This document shows positions 11,016 through 21,172 of a stretch of DNA of 64,000 nucleotides, in pieces. The notes below the pieces were generated by a model. It saw nothing but the letters and a program-made list of their open reading frames with translations, had not been told where the DNA came from and did no database searches. A program made the translations under genes and the position numbers. Source of the DNA: Alphaproteobacteria bacterium (GTDB taxonomy: Bacteria > Pseudomonadota > Alphaproteobacteria > UBA7887); contig CBDCGL010000011.1 of NCBI GenBank assembly GCA_965216755.1, forward strand, positions 3,317,536-3,381,535. The letters run 5' to 3'. Each line of letters starts with the position of its first letter. Positions within the stretch are counted from its first letter, which is position 1.

Positions 11016-12506
11016 CTAGACGGTTTTCATTTTGCGCCAAGCTAAGAGGACCATGCGAATCAAGAGCCAGCCATCGCGAAACCTAGAGATTTGTGTTTCC
11101 CCATAGGAACGTGCCAAGTAACGAATAGGAACTTCTACGATTTTCAAATTCATTTTCGCTGCGCCAAGGATCAAATCGAAATCTCCGAAAGGATCTAGGG
11201 CACCGAAATAGGAACGCTGCGCGGAAAGACGATCATAGTGTTCTTTGGTCAGCGCTTTCGTGCCGCACAATGTATCTGTCAGCCTTTGATTCAACAGCCA
11301 TGAAAACAAACGAGAAAATGTTCGATTCGCAAGCAAATTAAGGAACCGCATGGCATAGGTATCCATCGGATAAACCAATCGCGTGCCATTGACAAAATTT
11401 CCTTTTCCCGAAACCAAGGCATCATAAAACTTCGGTAAATCTTCTGGTGGGACCGTCAGGTCCGCATCCAATATGATCAAGATATCTCCGTTTGCATTGG
11501 CGAAACCCTTGCGCACGGCGTCGCCTTTGCCATGCCCGTCCTGCCGCAAGACGCGAATGTTCCATTGCGGATAGGCATCGATGACGCGTTCGATTTCTTC
11601 GTATGTGCCGTCTGTCGAATTGCCCTCGACAAACAGGATTTCCAAGTCGCGGCAAAAGCGCGGCATGCGGTGTACGGCTTGTTCGATATTGCCGCGTTCG
11701 TTGCGGCACGGCACCAACACGGTCGCGGATGGTTGGCCCAAGGCGACGTCGCGCAGCGGACGCGCGACAATGTAGTTGCGCAACGAAAGGCGGCGCAACC
11801 CCGGCAGCGGCCCCAGAAAACGGTTGATTATCGCACCCAGTCCGAATAGCCGTTTCGGCACCAATTGCCGCCACTCGCGCTTGATGACTTCAAAGTCGGC
11901 CAGCCGAAGCAGCCCTTCCATATCGGCCGTCGACAGCCAATTCTGTGGCGCTTGTTGTTGCTTTGCGCCGACTCTCGCCGCAGCGATCAAAATCGGCTCC
12001 CAAAGCCGCGAGTAATAGGACACGATCAGCCGGGTTTCGCGTGTGCACAGGCCGTGCAGAGCCTCCAACGTCGATTCGATATCTTCCAAGCTGCCGATGG
12101 TGTCGGACAGAATTATGATGTCAAACGGGCCGCGCACCGCGGCCAACACCTGCGGATCCTCGATATCGCCGCAAATGAATTCGAACTCAGGATGATCGGC
12201 TTGCGCGCGCGCGATGGTCTTGCGGCTTAGGTCGACACCGACGCCGCGCATCGGCTTAACGGCGGCGAGCAAACCGCCGGTGCCACAGCCCAAATCCAAG
12301 ACACGCGCGCCCTCGGGCACCAAAAAACGCATATAGGCATAATGGTTGTCATAGTAAAAACGGTTGCGCGCGATCCATTGTGAGCGTACCGGCGCAATTT
12401 GATCGGCAAGCGCTTGGATTGTAGCCTTGCGTTGCGACAGCGGCCGCGACACGGCGATCGGCGAGGATGATGCGTGTGCCTGGGCTTGCGACCTTGCACT
12501 CCTCAT
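11016..12506 (-). CDS. bifunctional class-I SAM methyltransferase / family-2 glycosyltransferase (fusion protein)
   Basis: N-terminal half has the VLDLGCGTGG SAM motif I. C-terminal half has the GT2 signature (VLVPCRNERGNIEQAV ... ILDADL DxD). Start ATG at 12506 overlaps the upstream stop (ATGA). The C-terminal GT2 half and the downstream intergenic region are markedly AT-rich relative to the rest of the window. Confidence 0.8.
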   Translation of the reverse strand: MRSARSQAQAHASSSPIAVSRPLSQRKATIQALADQIAPVRSQWIARNRFYYDNHYAYMRFLVPEGARVLDLGCGTGGLLAAVKPMRGVGVDLSRKTIARAQADHPEFEFICGDIEDPQVLAAVRGPFDIIILSDTIGSLEDIESTLEALHGLCTRETRLIVSYYSRLWEPILIAAARVGAKQQQAPQNWLSTADMEGLLRLADFEVIKREWRQLVPKRLFGLGAIINRFLGPLPGLRRLSLRNYIVARPLRDVALGQPSATVLVPCRNERGNIEQAVHRMPRFCRDLEILFVEGNSTDGTYEEIERVIDAYPQWNIRVLRQDGHGKGDAVRKGFANANGDILIILDADLTVPPEDLPKFYDALVSGKGNFVNGTRLVYPMDTYAMRFLNLLANRTFSRLFSWLLNQRLTDTLCGTKALTKEHYDRLSAQRSYFGALDPFGDFDLILGAAKMNLKIVEVPIRYLARSYGETQISRFRDGWLLIRMVLLAWRKMKTV

Positions 12507-13666
12507 GCCGCCCACCCATCGACCGCGCCGGGCGACGCGGTGTGAACCACGGCATCGAAGGCCGGCCAGGCCACGGCCGGATCGAACCGATGGCCGCCCG
12601 CAATTTCGACCGCCTTGATCCGGTCCGGCGCGCCATAGGCGGCATAAGCGGATTGGGCGCCGGCAATCACCCGGCGTGCGCCCGCAAACGGAAAAATGTG
12701 GTCGTCGGTGCCCGACATGCCAACGAACGGTCGCGGCGCGCACATCGCCACCACATCATCCAAGTCGAGCCAATTGAGAATACCCGGGATCGTGTTTTGA
12801 CCGCCGCTGTCGCGCCGTGCGCCAAGGGTATCTGCAATCGGGCCCAAACAGCCGGACGCCATAACCGCCGCGATGCGTGGATCCAAGGCCGCGGCATGTA
12901 AAGCTGTGGTCCCGCCTGATGAATGTCCAACGATCGCAATCCGGCTGAGATCCAGATATTTGAGCTCGGTCACGGTGTCACGCGCACCGCCGGCCTGCAG
13001 CCAATCGATCACCGCCGAAACATCGCTGGCGCGATCGCCGACCAATGTACGTCCGACCAATAGGGCTTGGTGAAACGCATCCACGCACGGATCGGCCGAG
13101 CGCGGTGTCAAGACTTGCTCGCGCCGTTCCCCGAAACAGATTTGTTCGAGACACAGCGCGACATGGCCGCGCGCGACGGCCTGTCGGGCAAGGTCCAAGC
13201 CGGCCGCGATCTTGACCGGGTCCGGCGGCATGCGCAGCGCTCCCCAGCTTAGATGGGCGCCGGCATTGGTGCCCTGCAAACAAATCACGACCGGCGTCGG
13301 CCCGGCCAACGGCGATTGCCAAAGAACATCGATCGGGATATCGCCGTTCGGTTCGGCGCGCAGATAGGCCCGCCAATGGCGCAGGCCACGGCTGTCGACG
13401 TCGTCGGCGAACCAGGTCGCCAGGGTTTCGCAACGGGCCGCTGGTCGCCAACCGCTTAGCGTCGCCAGCTTGTCCCGTGCCCGCCTTTGCCAAGCCGCGA
13501 CATCGTCAGGGTGATGTGCCCAGGCCAGGGCTTTGGGCGCATCCACACACGCGCGACCGTAGGCTAAGCTCGGGCTCAGCCGCGCCCCGGCGGGTGGTTC
13601 CGGATAGGGGTCGTAGCCACCCTTGCGGCGGATCGCCAAGCGCCGCCTTATCGCCAGCGCGTACAT
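12503..13666 (-). CDS. alpha/beta-hydrolase fold protein (esterase / dienelactone-hydrolase-like)
   Basis: GHSSGG nucleophile elbow (GxSxG), about 390 aa. Start ambiguous: ATG 13666 or GTG 13702. Translationally coupled to the downstream MT-GT2 gene. Confidence 0.6.
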   Translation of the reverse strand: MYALAIRRRLAIRRKGGYDPYPEPPAGARLSPSLAYGRACVDAPKALAWAHHPDDVAAWQRRARDKLATLSGWRPAARCETLATWFADDVDSRGLRHWRAYLRAEPNGDIPIDVLWQSPLAGPTPVVICLQGTNAGAHLSWGALRMPPDPVKIAAGLDLARQAVARGHVALCLEQICFGERREQVLTPRSADPCVDAFHQALLVGRTLVGDRASDVSAVIDWLQAGGARDTVTELKYLDLSRIAIVGHSSGGTTALHAAALDPRIAAVMASGCLGPIADTLGARRDSGGQNTIPGILNWLDLDDVVAMCAPRPFVGMSGTDDHIFPFAGARRVIAGAQSAYAAYGAPDRIKAVEIAGGHRFDPAVAWPAFDAVVHTASPGAVDGWAA

Positions 13667-13884
13667 GGCCGCGCGCGGCCAGCGCGAAAGCGCAGATATC
13701 ACGTCTGTATTCGCCGGCCCACCATGGTCGACGCCCCGCCATCAATTCGTCGTCCGCATGCGGATGTCCACTAACATCGCACACGCATGCGCCATCTCGG
13801 TCTGCCTTACTCCTGGTCGCCGCCGCCGCATCGCGGGGCCGTCCGGGCCAGATAGAGTGACCGTTCGTGTGACTGTAGCACGAA

Positions 13885-14781
13885 TTACCAATGGGAAGGA
13901 TCTACGACCCCTTCAGGCAGATCGCGGCCGATGGTCAAGGCCGTGGCGATCAGGTTCGAGTCGAGCCGCGTGCCGGTGTCCGTCGATGCCGGCAACTGGT
14001 CTTTGCTATCGACTCCAACCACAATCGATGCCACCCCCGGCACCGCCCGCACAACGCCTATGGCCAATTGCCATGGCGACAAACCGGCGTCGCTGGCCAA
14101 GGCGTGCAAGCGCGCGACCGGTTCTTTAAGAGCGGCCAACCGTGCGGTGATCGCGTCCGGTTGTGCCAACAGCAGGCCCTGCAGAAACACGCTGCGCGCC
14201 CACACGAAGACCCCGGCCGTGGCCGCCTCTGCAATCACGTCGGAGCGGATAAAGGCCTGATTGAAAACATTGATGGGAATCTGCAGCAGACGCAGATTTG
14301 GCACGGCCAGCGCAGCACGGGCCTGCGCAACGGTATAGACCGAGGCGCCGAACGCCCCAACTTGACCTGTCTCGGCGGCGCGGCACAGCGTGTCGACGAT
14401 GTCGTTGCGCGCCAAATTGTCGGGCCGATGGGCAAGATAGCCGTCGATTCGCGCCGCTCCAAGCCGGCGTCGAGATTGGTCCAATTGGCGGTGGAGTTCC
14501 GCAGCGTCGCCGCAGTCGCCGAATTTACTGATCAACAAAGGCGTGTGGGCGCGCGTCCGGCGCCAGGCACCGATCCGCATTTCGGCATCGCCATAGGCGT
14601 GGGCGGTGTCAAAACAAGTCATTCCCGCCGCCCATGCGGCATCCAAGACCGCCAGGGCAGCCGCCTCTGTCGGTTTGCCTTCGCGGTTGGCAATACCATA
14701 GGCCATGCCGAGCTGGGCCGTCCCCAAGGTCAGCGTTGGGATCGATCGTTTGCCGGGGCCGGGGAATAGCTGATCTGCCAT
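13885..14781 (-). CDS. aldo/keto reductase family oxidoreductase
   Basis: 298 aa; AKR pattern (LGTAQLGMAYG ... FDTAHAYG). ATG at 14781. The antisense 292-aa ORF 13891..14769 is a shadow frame. Confidence 0.8.
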   Translation of the reverse strand: MADQLFPGPGKRSIPTLTLGTAQLGMAYGIANREGKPTEAAALAVLDAAWAAGMTCFDTAHAYGDAEMRIGAWRRTRAHTPLLISKFGDCGDAAELHRQLDQSRRRLGAARIDGYLAHRPDNLARNDIVDTLCRAAETGQVGAFGASVYTVAQARAALAVPNLRLLQIPINVFNQAFIRSDVIAEAATAGVFVWARSVFLQGLLLAQPDAITARLAALKEPVARLHALASDAGLSPWQLAIGVVRAVPGVASIVVGVDSKDQLPASTDTGTRLDSNLIATALTIGRDLPEGVVDPSHW

Positions 14782-14859
14782 GATCGTGATTTATGCGAAA
14801 GGTGTATCCTGCACCCGCGCCGCCGCAGGCGCGCACATAGAATAGGGTCGCCATCGTCG

Positions 14860-15621
14860 ATGATGCGCGCGATTTTTGAACAACTGCTGTTGGTGCCGAC
14901 GGTGCTGGTGTGGATTGCCGTGTTCGGTTTGCTGGTGTGGCGCTGGCGGCGTCTGAGCCTTGCGTGTCTAATCGCCGCCATTGGCGGCTTGTTTGTTTTG
15001 AGTTTGCCCATTGTCGCACGCGCGCTGCTGCTGCCGCTATTGGCGACGGTGACCTTGTATGACGGTGCCGATCTGGCCGGTGATATCATATTGGTTCCGA
15101 CCGCCGGCATATTTCGCGATGTCGAAGGGACGCCTTGGCCGTCGGCCGAAAGCATTCGCCGTGCCAGCCAAGGCCGGCGGATCCAAGTCCAGACCGGTTT
15201 GCCGTTGGCAATTATCGGCGGTGATCCGCAGGGAATCGGTGTCGCAGAGGCATTCGTCGTCGCCGACGCGCTCGGCGAAACGCCGGGGCCAGTCGTGATC
15301 GACGGTGCCGCCGACAACTCGATCGAAACGGCATTTGCACTGGCGCGCATCGTCCGCGAGATCGGCGGTCGCGAGGTCATACTTGCGACCACGCCGACCC
15401 ATGTCGCGCGCATGGCGGCCAGTTTACGCCGGGTCGGCGTGGTCGTTTTGGCCGATTTGTCCGCCCATCCGGCGCGGCAGCCCGTGGCGATCACGGACTT
15501 CCTCCCCAGCGCCGGTGGCCTCGCGCAAAGTCGCCATGTGATCCGCGAATATGCTGCGATTCTGTGGTATTTGTTCGACGGCTCCATTCGCGTTGGCGAT
15601 CTGCGGCCGGCAGCGGGCTAG
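14860..15621 (+). CDS. YdcF/ElyC-like DUF218 family protein (envelope biogenesis associated)
   Basis: 253 aa, N-terminal TM helices followed by a DUF218-like Rossmann-like domain (ILVPTAGIF... VIDGAADNSIETA). Confidence 0.6.
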   Translation: MMRAIFEQLLLVPTVLVWIAVFGLLVWRWRRLSLACLIAAIGGLFVLSLPIVARALLLPLLATVTLYDGADLAGDIILVPTAGIFRDVEGTPWPSAESIRRASQGRRIQVQTGLPLAIIGGDPQGIGVAEAFVVADALGETPGPVVIDGAADNSIETAFALARIVREIGGREVILATTPTHVARMAASLRRVGVVVLADLSAHPARQPVAITDFLPSAGGLAQSRHVIREYAAILWYLFDGSIRVGDLRPAAG

Positions 15622-15636
15622 TAAGGACGTGACACG

Positions 15637-16137
15637 GTGAAGCGCTGGTTTGTGGTTCATACGCGCGCCCATGGCGAACAGCGCGCCTACGAAAACCTCT
15701 GCCGCCAAGGTTTCGACGCTTGGTTGCCGCGCTACCGCAAGAAGCGCCGCCACGCAGGTCGCCTGGAAACTGTTTTGCGACCTCTCTTCCCCAGATATCT
15801 GTTTGTGTCCGTGGATTTGGCGGCCGAACGTTGGCGCGCCATCCTATCGACCTTTGGGGTCGCCGGGTTGGTGGGCGCCGTAGATGGCCCAGAGCCGGTG
15901 CCCGACGGCGTTGTCAACGCCTTGCGTGCGCGCGCCGACGCCGATGGCTGTTTCACGTTGCATCGGGCGGCGACGATGAAACCGGGCCAGCCGGTGCGTA
16001 TCGGCGCCGGCCCCTTTCAAGACATCGAAGGGATTTTTCAAGCCCCTAGCGACGCCGAGCGGGTGGTTATTCTGCTGCAACTGATGGGGCGCACGGTTTC
16101 GATCACCGTGCCGGCATCGGATATCGACGCGCTCTGA
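15637..16137 (+). CDS. NusG-paralog transcription antiterminator, RfaH-like (NGN + KOW domains)
   Basis: 166 aa; MKRWFVVHTRAHGEQRAYENL (NGN domain, compare RfaH WYLLYCKRGQ), PLFPRYLFVSVD (RfaH PLFPNYLFVEFD), C-terminal KOW-like GQPVRIGAGPFQDIEGIF. Encoded inside the glycan island, and an exact ops element occurs at 23100-23111. Confidence 0.8.
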   Translation: MKRWFVVHTRAHGEQRAYENLCRQGFDAWLPRYRKKRRHAGRLETVLRPLFPRYLFVSVDLAAERWRAILSTFGVAGLVGAVDGPEPVPDGVVNALRARADADGCFTLHRAATMKPGQPVRIGAGPFQDIEGIFQAPSDAERVVILLQLMGRTVSITVPASDIDAL

Positions 16138-16147
16138 TGTTTCGGTG

Positions 16148-16253
16148 TTTCGGCATTTCGGTGACAGTTTACTAAATACACCATATTCAGCGTATTCTCG
16201 GCAGGCACTACAGCTTGTGGTGTATTTAGTAAACTGTCACCGAAATGCCGAAA
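16148..16253. repeat. perfect 36-bp inverted repeat (arms 16148-16183 and 16218-16253, 34-nt loop) flanked by tttcggtg-type 8-mer repeats; fills the convergent gap between the rfaH-like gene and cysQ
   Basis: Read directly: TTTCGGCATTTCGGTGACAGTTTACTAAATACACCA ... TGGTGTATTTAGTAAACTGTCACCGAAATGCCGAAA, no mismatches. Three tandem 8-mers (tttcggtg tttcggca tttcggtg) on the left are mirrored on the right. No U-tract on either side. Confidence 0.9.
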
Positions 16254-16255
16254 TA

Positions 16256-17029
16256 TCAGGCGCCGCGGGCGATGAAAAAGCCGTTGCGGAAATCCGTCTT
16301 GCCGTAAAGAAACGGTTCGTCGTCTGGCGTACGTACGCTGCCGCCTGCGGCCAACAATACCGCATGACCGGCCGCGGTGTCCCATTCCATGGTTGGTCCG
16401 AAACGAGGATATAGATCGGCCTCGCCCAGGGCGACCACACAGAATTTGTAGGACGAGCCGGCCTGGTGCAGACCGGCGACACGAACGGATTTGAGCCAGG
16501 CTTCGGTTTCGGCGCTGAAATGGGAGCGACTGGCGACCACCGTCGCCCCATCCGCCGGGGCGGCCCGAACATGTATGGGTTCGATCGGGCCGTCGCCCTG
16601 CCGGCGAAATGCCTGACCGGGCGTATAGCCCCAGACCAAAACATCTTTGGCCGGCAGCTGCACGACCCCCAGAACCGGCAGGCTGTTTTCGATCAACGCG
16701 ATGTTCACCGTGAATTCGTCGCGGTTCTTGATGAACTCCTTGGTGCCGTCCAGCGGGTCGACCAGCCAAAACAAATCATTGTCCGGAATGCCGGCGGCCA
16801 CCGACTCGGTACTTTCCTCAGACACGATCGGGATATCCGGGGTCAAGGCCCGCAGGCCGTCGACGATGACCCGGTTAGCGGCCAGATCCGCCTCGGTCAC
16901 CGGCGAGCGGTCATCCTTGGTCTCGACGGTGATGCCACGCGCGCGCACGGCCAGGATTTCGCGTCCGGCGCGGCGCGCGATATCGCAAATGGGCGGCGCC
17001 AACGCCGCCAGATCAATGGTATCTGTCAT
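16256..17029 (-). CDS. cysQ: 3'(2'),5'-bisphosphate nucleotidase (PAP phosphatase)
   Basis: 257 aa, inositol-monophosphatase fold motifs ([17 protein letters not shown]). ATG at 17029 overlaps the cysNC stop. Confidence 0.85.
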   Translation of the reverse strand: MTDTIDLAALAPPICDIARRAGREILAVRARGITVETKDDRSPVTEADLAANRVIVDGLRALTPDIPIVSEESTESVAAGIPDNDLFWLVDPLDGTKEFIKNRDEFTVNIALIENSLPVLGVVQLPAKDVLVWGYTPGQAFRRQGDGPIEPIHVRAAPADGATVVASRSHFSAETEAWLKSVRVAGLHQAGSSYKFCVVALGEADLYPRFGPTMEWDTAAGHAVLLAAGGSVRTPDDEPFLYGKTDFRNGFFIARGA

Positions 17030-18927
17030 ACCGTGTACTGAAACCGCTGGTCGATATACGTCAAGATTTCACGGGCGCAGTCATCGACCGACCGCGCGGC
17101 CGTGTCGACGACCAAATCCGGCGTCTCGGGCAATTCATAAGGTGCACTGACGCCGGTGAACTCGCTGATTTCGCCCTTGCGCGCGCGCTTGTACAGGCCT
17201 TTGGGGTCACGCGCCTCACAGGTTGCCAAATCAGCCTTGATATAGACTTCATGAAAACCACCCTCCAAAGACAGCCGGTCGGTGGCTTCGCGGGCACGGT
17301 GGCGGTCGGCGCGATAGGGCGAAATAAACGCCGTCAGAACGATCATGCCGGCATCCGCGAACAAGGCGGCAGCTTCGCCAACCCGGCGAATATTCTCGGC
17401 GCGATCTTCCGGCGAAAAGCCGAGATTGGCGTTCAGGCCCATCCGGACATTATCGCCGTCCAGCACATAGACATGGTAGCCGCGGGCGAACATCAAGCGC
17501 TCGACCGCGCGCGCCAGGGTCGATTTGCCGGCGCCGGACAGGCCGGTGAACCACACCACGCCGCCGCCATGGCCGTTCCGCTTGCTTCGCGCGTCCTCGT
17601 CGATCGTGCCGCGTTCTTCATAGACATTGGTCGACTTGACCGTGATCAACGAGCGCTGATCCGGATAGCCTTCCATGCTGACAATGCCGCCGCCGGCGAT
17701 CTCGTAACCGTCGACCAAGACAAAGCGTCCGGTGCGCGGATTGCGGGCATATTCATCCAAAGCGAGCATCGATCGCGCTCGCAGCACGACTTCGCCGACG
17801 GTGTTTTGCTCCATGCGGTCGGCGGCGACATGGTCGAGGGATTCGGAATCGATCGCATGTTCAATCGACTGCACGGTGACCGCCGTTTCGATGGTGTTGA
17901 GCTTGAGCTTGTATTGGTTGCCCGGCGCCAGCGCCCGCTCGCCCAGCCAAAACACACGCGCTCGAAACACGTTTGACTCAACCGGCGGGCGGTCGATATG
18001 GCTGGCAATTTCGCCACGCTCGACAAACAGCTGCTCGTCCAGCGTCACGCCGACCGATTGGCCGGCGCGCACTTCGATCGGTGGGTCGGCGTGCCAGGCC
18101 TCAATCGAGCGGACCCGCGCGGTCTTGTTCGACGGCGAAAACAACAAAGTATCGCCGACGCGCACAATGCCACTTTCGATACGGCCCGCGAAAATGCGCC
18201 GTTCGTCGAATTTGTAGACGTCTTGGACGGCAAATCGCAGCGGCAGATCGGTCGGTGGCGGCAGTGGCTCGAAGCCGTCCAACGCCTCGAGCAGGCCCGG
18301 GCCCTCGTACCACGGCGTGCGTTCGGAATTGACGACGATATTGTCGCCTTCCCGGGCCGACACCGGTAAAACATGTCGCGGTGTCACGCCCAGTTCGCTC
18401 AAATAAGCACAGAATTCCTTCTCGACTTGCGCGAAACGGCCGGCGTCATAATCGATCCGGTCGATCTTGTTGATCACCAGGATCACCTGCGTGATGCCCA
18501 AAAGGTGCAGCAGGTAACCATGTCGGCGCGACTGCTCGCGCACGCCTTCTTCGGCGTCGATCAACAACACCGCGGCGTCGGCGGCCGCGGCGCCGGTGAC
18601 CATGTTGCGCAGGAATTCTTTGTGGCCGGGCGCGTCGATGATGACATAGTCGCGCAAGGCACTGCGAAACCAGATGTGGGCGGTATCTATGGTCACGCCC
18701 TGATCGCGTTCACCCTGCAAGGCATCGGTCAGAAACGCCCATTCGAAAGGCATGCCGCGGCGTCGACACATCTCTTGTATGGCCTCGAACCGACCCTCGG
18801 GCAAACTGCCGGTGTCGTGAAATAACCGTCCAACCAAAGTCGATTTGCCGTGGTCGACATGGCCGACAATGACGATCCGCAATGGATCGCCCAACGGCGC
18901 CACGGGGTGTGTTTTGCGCGCTGCCAT
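17026..18927 (-). CDS. cysNC: bifunctional sulfate adenylyltransferase subunit 1 / adenylylsulfate (APS) kinase (CysN-CysC fusion, NodQ-like)
   Basis: 633 aa; N-terminal GTPase ([11 protein letters not shown]) of the CysN type and C-terminal APS kinase P-loop ([15 protein letters not shown]). Confidence 0.9.
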   Translation of the reverse strand: MAARKTHPVAPLGDPLRIVIVGHVDHGKSTLVGRLFHDTGSLPEGRFEAIQEMCRRRGMPFEWAFLTDALQGERDQGVTIDTAHIWFRSALRDYVIIDAPGHKEFLRNMVTGAAAADAAVLLIDAEEGVREQSRRHGYLLHLLGITQVILVINKIDRIDYDAGRFAQVEKEFCAYLSELGVTPRHVLPVSAREGDNIVVNSERTPWYEGPGLLEALDGFEPLPPPTDLPLRFAVQDVYKFDERRIFAGRIESGIVRVGDTLLFSPSNKTARVRSIEAWHADPPIEVRAGQSVGVTLDEQLFVERGEIASHIDRPPVESNVFRARVFWLGERALAPGNQYKLKLNTIETAVTVQSIEHAIDSESLDHVAADRMEQNTVGEVVLRARSMLALDEYARNPRTGRFVLVDGYEIAGGGIVSMEGYPDQRSLITVKSTNVYEERGTIDEDARSKRNGHGGGVVWFTGLSGAGKSTLARAVERLMFARGYHVYVLDGDNVRMGLNANLGFSPEDRAENIRRVGEAAALFADAGMIVLTAFISPYRADRHRAREATDRLSLEGGFHEVYIKADLATCEARDPKGLYKRARKGEISEFTGVSAPYELPETPDLVVDTAARSVDDCAREILTYIDQRFQYTV

Positions 18928-18933
18928 GGCGTT

Positions 18934-19731
18934 CTACATATAGCCATCGGCGCGCAAGCGCTCGAAGGCATCCTCTGCTTCGTGGTCCATTGCGCGCCCC
19001 GACCGTTCCGGGACCCGCGTTGTCTCGAGTTCCGCGATGATCTCCTCGACCGTGCTGGCGTCGCTGTCGATCGGCGACGTGATGTCCTCGTCGCCCAGCG
19101 AGCGATAGCGCTTGCCGTCTTTCGAGAAATACAGATCGACGATCGGGATGTGTTCGCGGGCGATATAGCGCCAGATATCGATTTCCGTCCAATGCAACAA
19201 GGGATGCACGCGGACATGCGTGCCCGGTGGGAAATCGACGTTGTATTGATCCCAGAATTCGGGCGGCTGCTTGCGCACATTCCAGGCGGCATCGATGCCG
19301 CGCGGACTGAACACGCGCTCTTTTGCGCGGGTGCCTTCCTCGTCGCGGCGAATGCCGGCGATAAGGCCCGTATAGCCTTGGCGTTCGATCATCGCCTTCA
19401 GGCCGCCGGTCTTGCGCGCCGCCGAACGGGCCGCGGGCGGTAGCGAGGGATCGATCTCTTCAATCGGCGGACAATCGCCGGTGACCAGATCCAATTCCCA
19501 TTCGCGCGCGTAGCGTTCGCGAAAGGCATACATTTCCGCAAATTTCTTACCGGTGTCGACGTGGACAACCGGGAACGGCACCCTGCCGAAAAACGCCTTT
19601 TTGGCGAGCCAGACCAGAACGTTGGAATCTTTTCCCAACGACCACAGCATCGCCAGATTGTCGATGCGGTTAAAGGCCTCGCGAAAAATATAGACGCTTT
19701 GGCTTTCCAGCCGGTCTAAATGTGATGTCAC
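18934..19731 (-). CDS. cysD: sulfate adenylyltransferase subunit 2 (CysD/NodP)
   Basis: 265 aa; LESQSVYIFREAF ... PAPS-reductase-like PP-loop (LWSLGKDS). GTG start at 19731. Confidence 0.88.
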   Translation of the reverse strand: MTSHLDRLESQSVYIFREAFNRIDNLAMLWSLGKDSNVLVWLAKKAFFGRVPFPVVHVDTGKKFAEMYAFRERYAREWELDLVTGDCPPIEEIDPSLPPAARSAARKTGGLKAMIERQGYTGLIAGIRRDEEGTRAKERVFSPRGIDAAWNVRKQPPEFWDQYNVDFPPGTHVRVHPLLHWTEIDIWRYIAREHIPIVDLYFSKDGKRYRSLGDEDITSPIDSDASTVEEIIAELETTRVPERSGRAMDHEAEDAFERLRADGYM

Positions 19732-19990
19732 GCCTTGCCACCGCCCTTTTTGGGGCGGCGCCCTTGGTTCAATTTATCGGAGGCCCCCGGCTAAGCCGGA
19801 CGGGCCTTATACGGCGATGTCACGCGCCGCGCAACCGCAATGGCGCGCAGACTAAGGGCGGCCGCTTAAGTCTTTCCTAATGGGTCGCCGGCGAGCACCG
19901 AATTTGATGACATCGGCGGGCGATGCCTGGCGCCGTGGTGACCGCGCTGGCGTCCTCAGCGTACGCAAAAAATGATCCGCGTTCAAAACG

Positions 19991-21010
19991 TTACAGAACG
20001 TAGTCCGAACTGGCCCGGACATCCCCGCGCTGCAAGCGCCGTCGCCACCAGTCGATGGTTCGCGCCAAGCCATCGCGCAAGCTGGTCTCAGGTTGCCATC
20101 CTGTATGAGATGAAAAACGCTGCCAATCGGCGAGCAGAGCGCGCACTTCCGATCCCGGCGGTCGCTGTCGTCGCGGGTCCTCTCGAATCGGCTTGGTGGT
20201 GCCGGTCAGTTCGCGCACCATTTCGACCATTGCGCCGATGGTCACCGCGACGCCGGTGCCGGCATTGTAGGGCATGCCATGGTCCAATCCCGTGGTGGCG
20301 CCGGCAGCGAGAAAGGCGGCGGCGGTGTCGCCGACAAAGGTGAAGTCACGGGACGGGCTTAAATCACCCAATGCGATGCTGTCGCAATCGGGATCCAAGG
20401 CCTGGCGGATCGTGCTGGCGATGACGGCGCGCTCGCTTTGACGCGGACCGTAAGTGTTGAACGGGCGCAGCACGACGGCCGGTACTTCAAAGCTCAGGGC
20501 GTAAGCCTGGGCCATCATATCGGCCGCGATCTTACTCGCCGCATAGGGCGATTGGCCGGTCAACGGATGGTCTTCATCAATCGGCGTGCGCCGCGCCGTG
20601 CCATAGACCTCGCTGGTCGAGGTCATCACGACCCGTTCGGGACGGTGATTCCGTGCCGCTTCCAGCAAGTTGACGGCGCCGCCGACATTGACGTCAAGGT
20701 AGCTCTGGGCCGCCCGATAGGAATACGGGATCGCGATCAACGCCGCCAAATGAAAGATGATCTCCTGATCGGCGCACAGACGTCGCACGAAGTGGGCGTC
20801 GCGCATATCGCCGCGCACCAGCGTTAATTGGGCGCGGATGCCAGAGTCGAGACTGTCCAGCCAGCCATGGCTATCGCCGGCATTGTAAAGCGCCAACGCC
20901 GTCACCCGCGCCCCTTGTCCGACCAATGCCTCGGCCACATGAGAGCCAATGAAGCCGTCGGCGCCGGTCACCAAAATGCGGCGACCTTGATAGCTGCTTG
21001 TCTGGGTCAT
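19991..21010 (-). CDS. NAD-dependent sugar-nucleotide epimerase/dehydratase (extended SDR family; UDP-glucuronate decarboxylase / 4-epimerase-like)
   Basis: 339 aa; ILVTGADGFIGSHV Rossmann motif and YxxxK (YAASK). First gene of the minus-strand operon that continues into cysD-cysNC-cysQ. Confidence 0.75.
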   Translation of the reverse strand: MTQTSSYQGRRILVTGADGFIGSHVAEALVGQGARVTALALYNAGDSHGWLDSLDSGIRAQLTLVRGDMRDAHFVRRLCADQEIIFHLAALIAIPYSYRAAQSYLDVNVGGAVNLLEAARNHRPERVVMTSTSEVYGTARRTPIDEDHPLTGQSPYAASKIAADMMAQAYALSFEVPAVVLRPFNTYGPRQSERAVIASTIRQALDPDCDSIALGDLSPSRDFTFVGDTAAAFLAAGATTGLDHGMPYNAGTGVAVTIGAMVEMVRELTGTTKPIREDPRRQRPPGSEVRALLADWQRFSSHTGWQPETSLRDGLARTIDWWRRRLQRGDVRASSDYVL

Positions 21011-21105
21011 GTGCGCCTGACTTGCTGAACCAAAACTGCGCCCGGCACCTTAACCGAAAATCGACACCGGTCCAGACGTGCGGCTTAGGCTTTCCTTAAA
21101 CCCGT

Positions 21106-21117
21106 GTTGGTAGGGTG
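21106..21117 (+). promoter_or_regulatory. ops-like element (GTTGGTAGGGTG) in the 5' leader of the glycosyltransferase gene
   Basis: Matches the ops consensus GGCGGTAGnnTG at 8 of 10 specified positions; shares the 8-mer GTAGGGTG with the leader at 56958-56965. Confidence 0.35.
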
Positions 21118-21172
21118 GTCATCGCGATATCCACGCCCGGCGCAGAGGCGCCCAAGTCCAACGGTGACTGTC

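Noticed and set aside
13891-14769. 292-aa plus-strand ORF fully antisense to the aldo-keto reductase gene
   Set aside because: Arg/Gly/Pro-rich low-complexity translation typical of a high-GC shadow frame. The minus-strand AKR translation has clear family motifs.
16148-16253. Inverted repeat considered as a CRISPR repeat or IS terminal inverted repeat
   Set aside because: Single hairpin only, no repeat-spacer array, no transposase ORF between or beside the arms.
19741-19760. CCGCCCTTTTTGGGGCGG hairpin between the SDR gene and cysD, considered as a terminator
   Set aside because: On the transcribed (minus) strand the stem is followed by no U-tract, and it lies inside an apparently continuous operon. 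More likely an incidental small hairpin.
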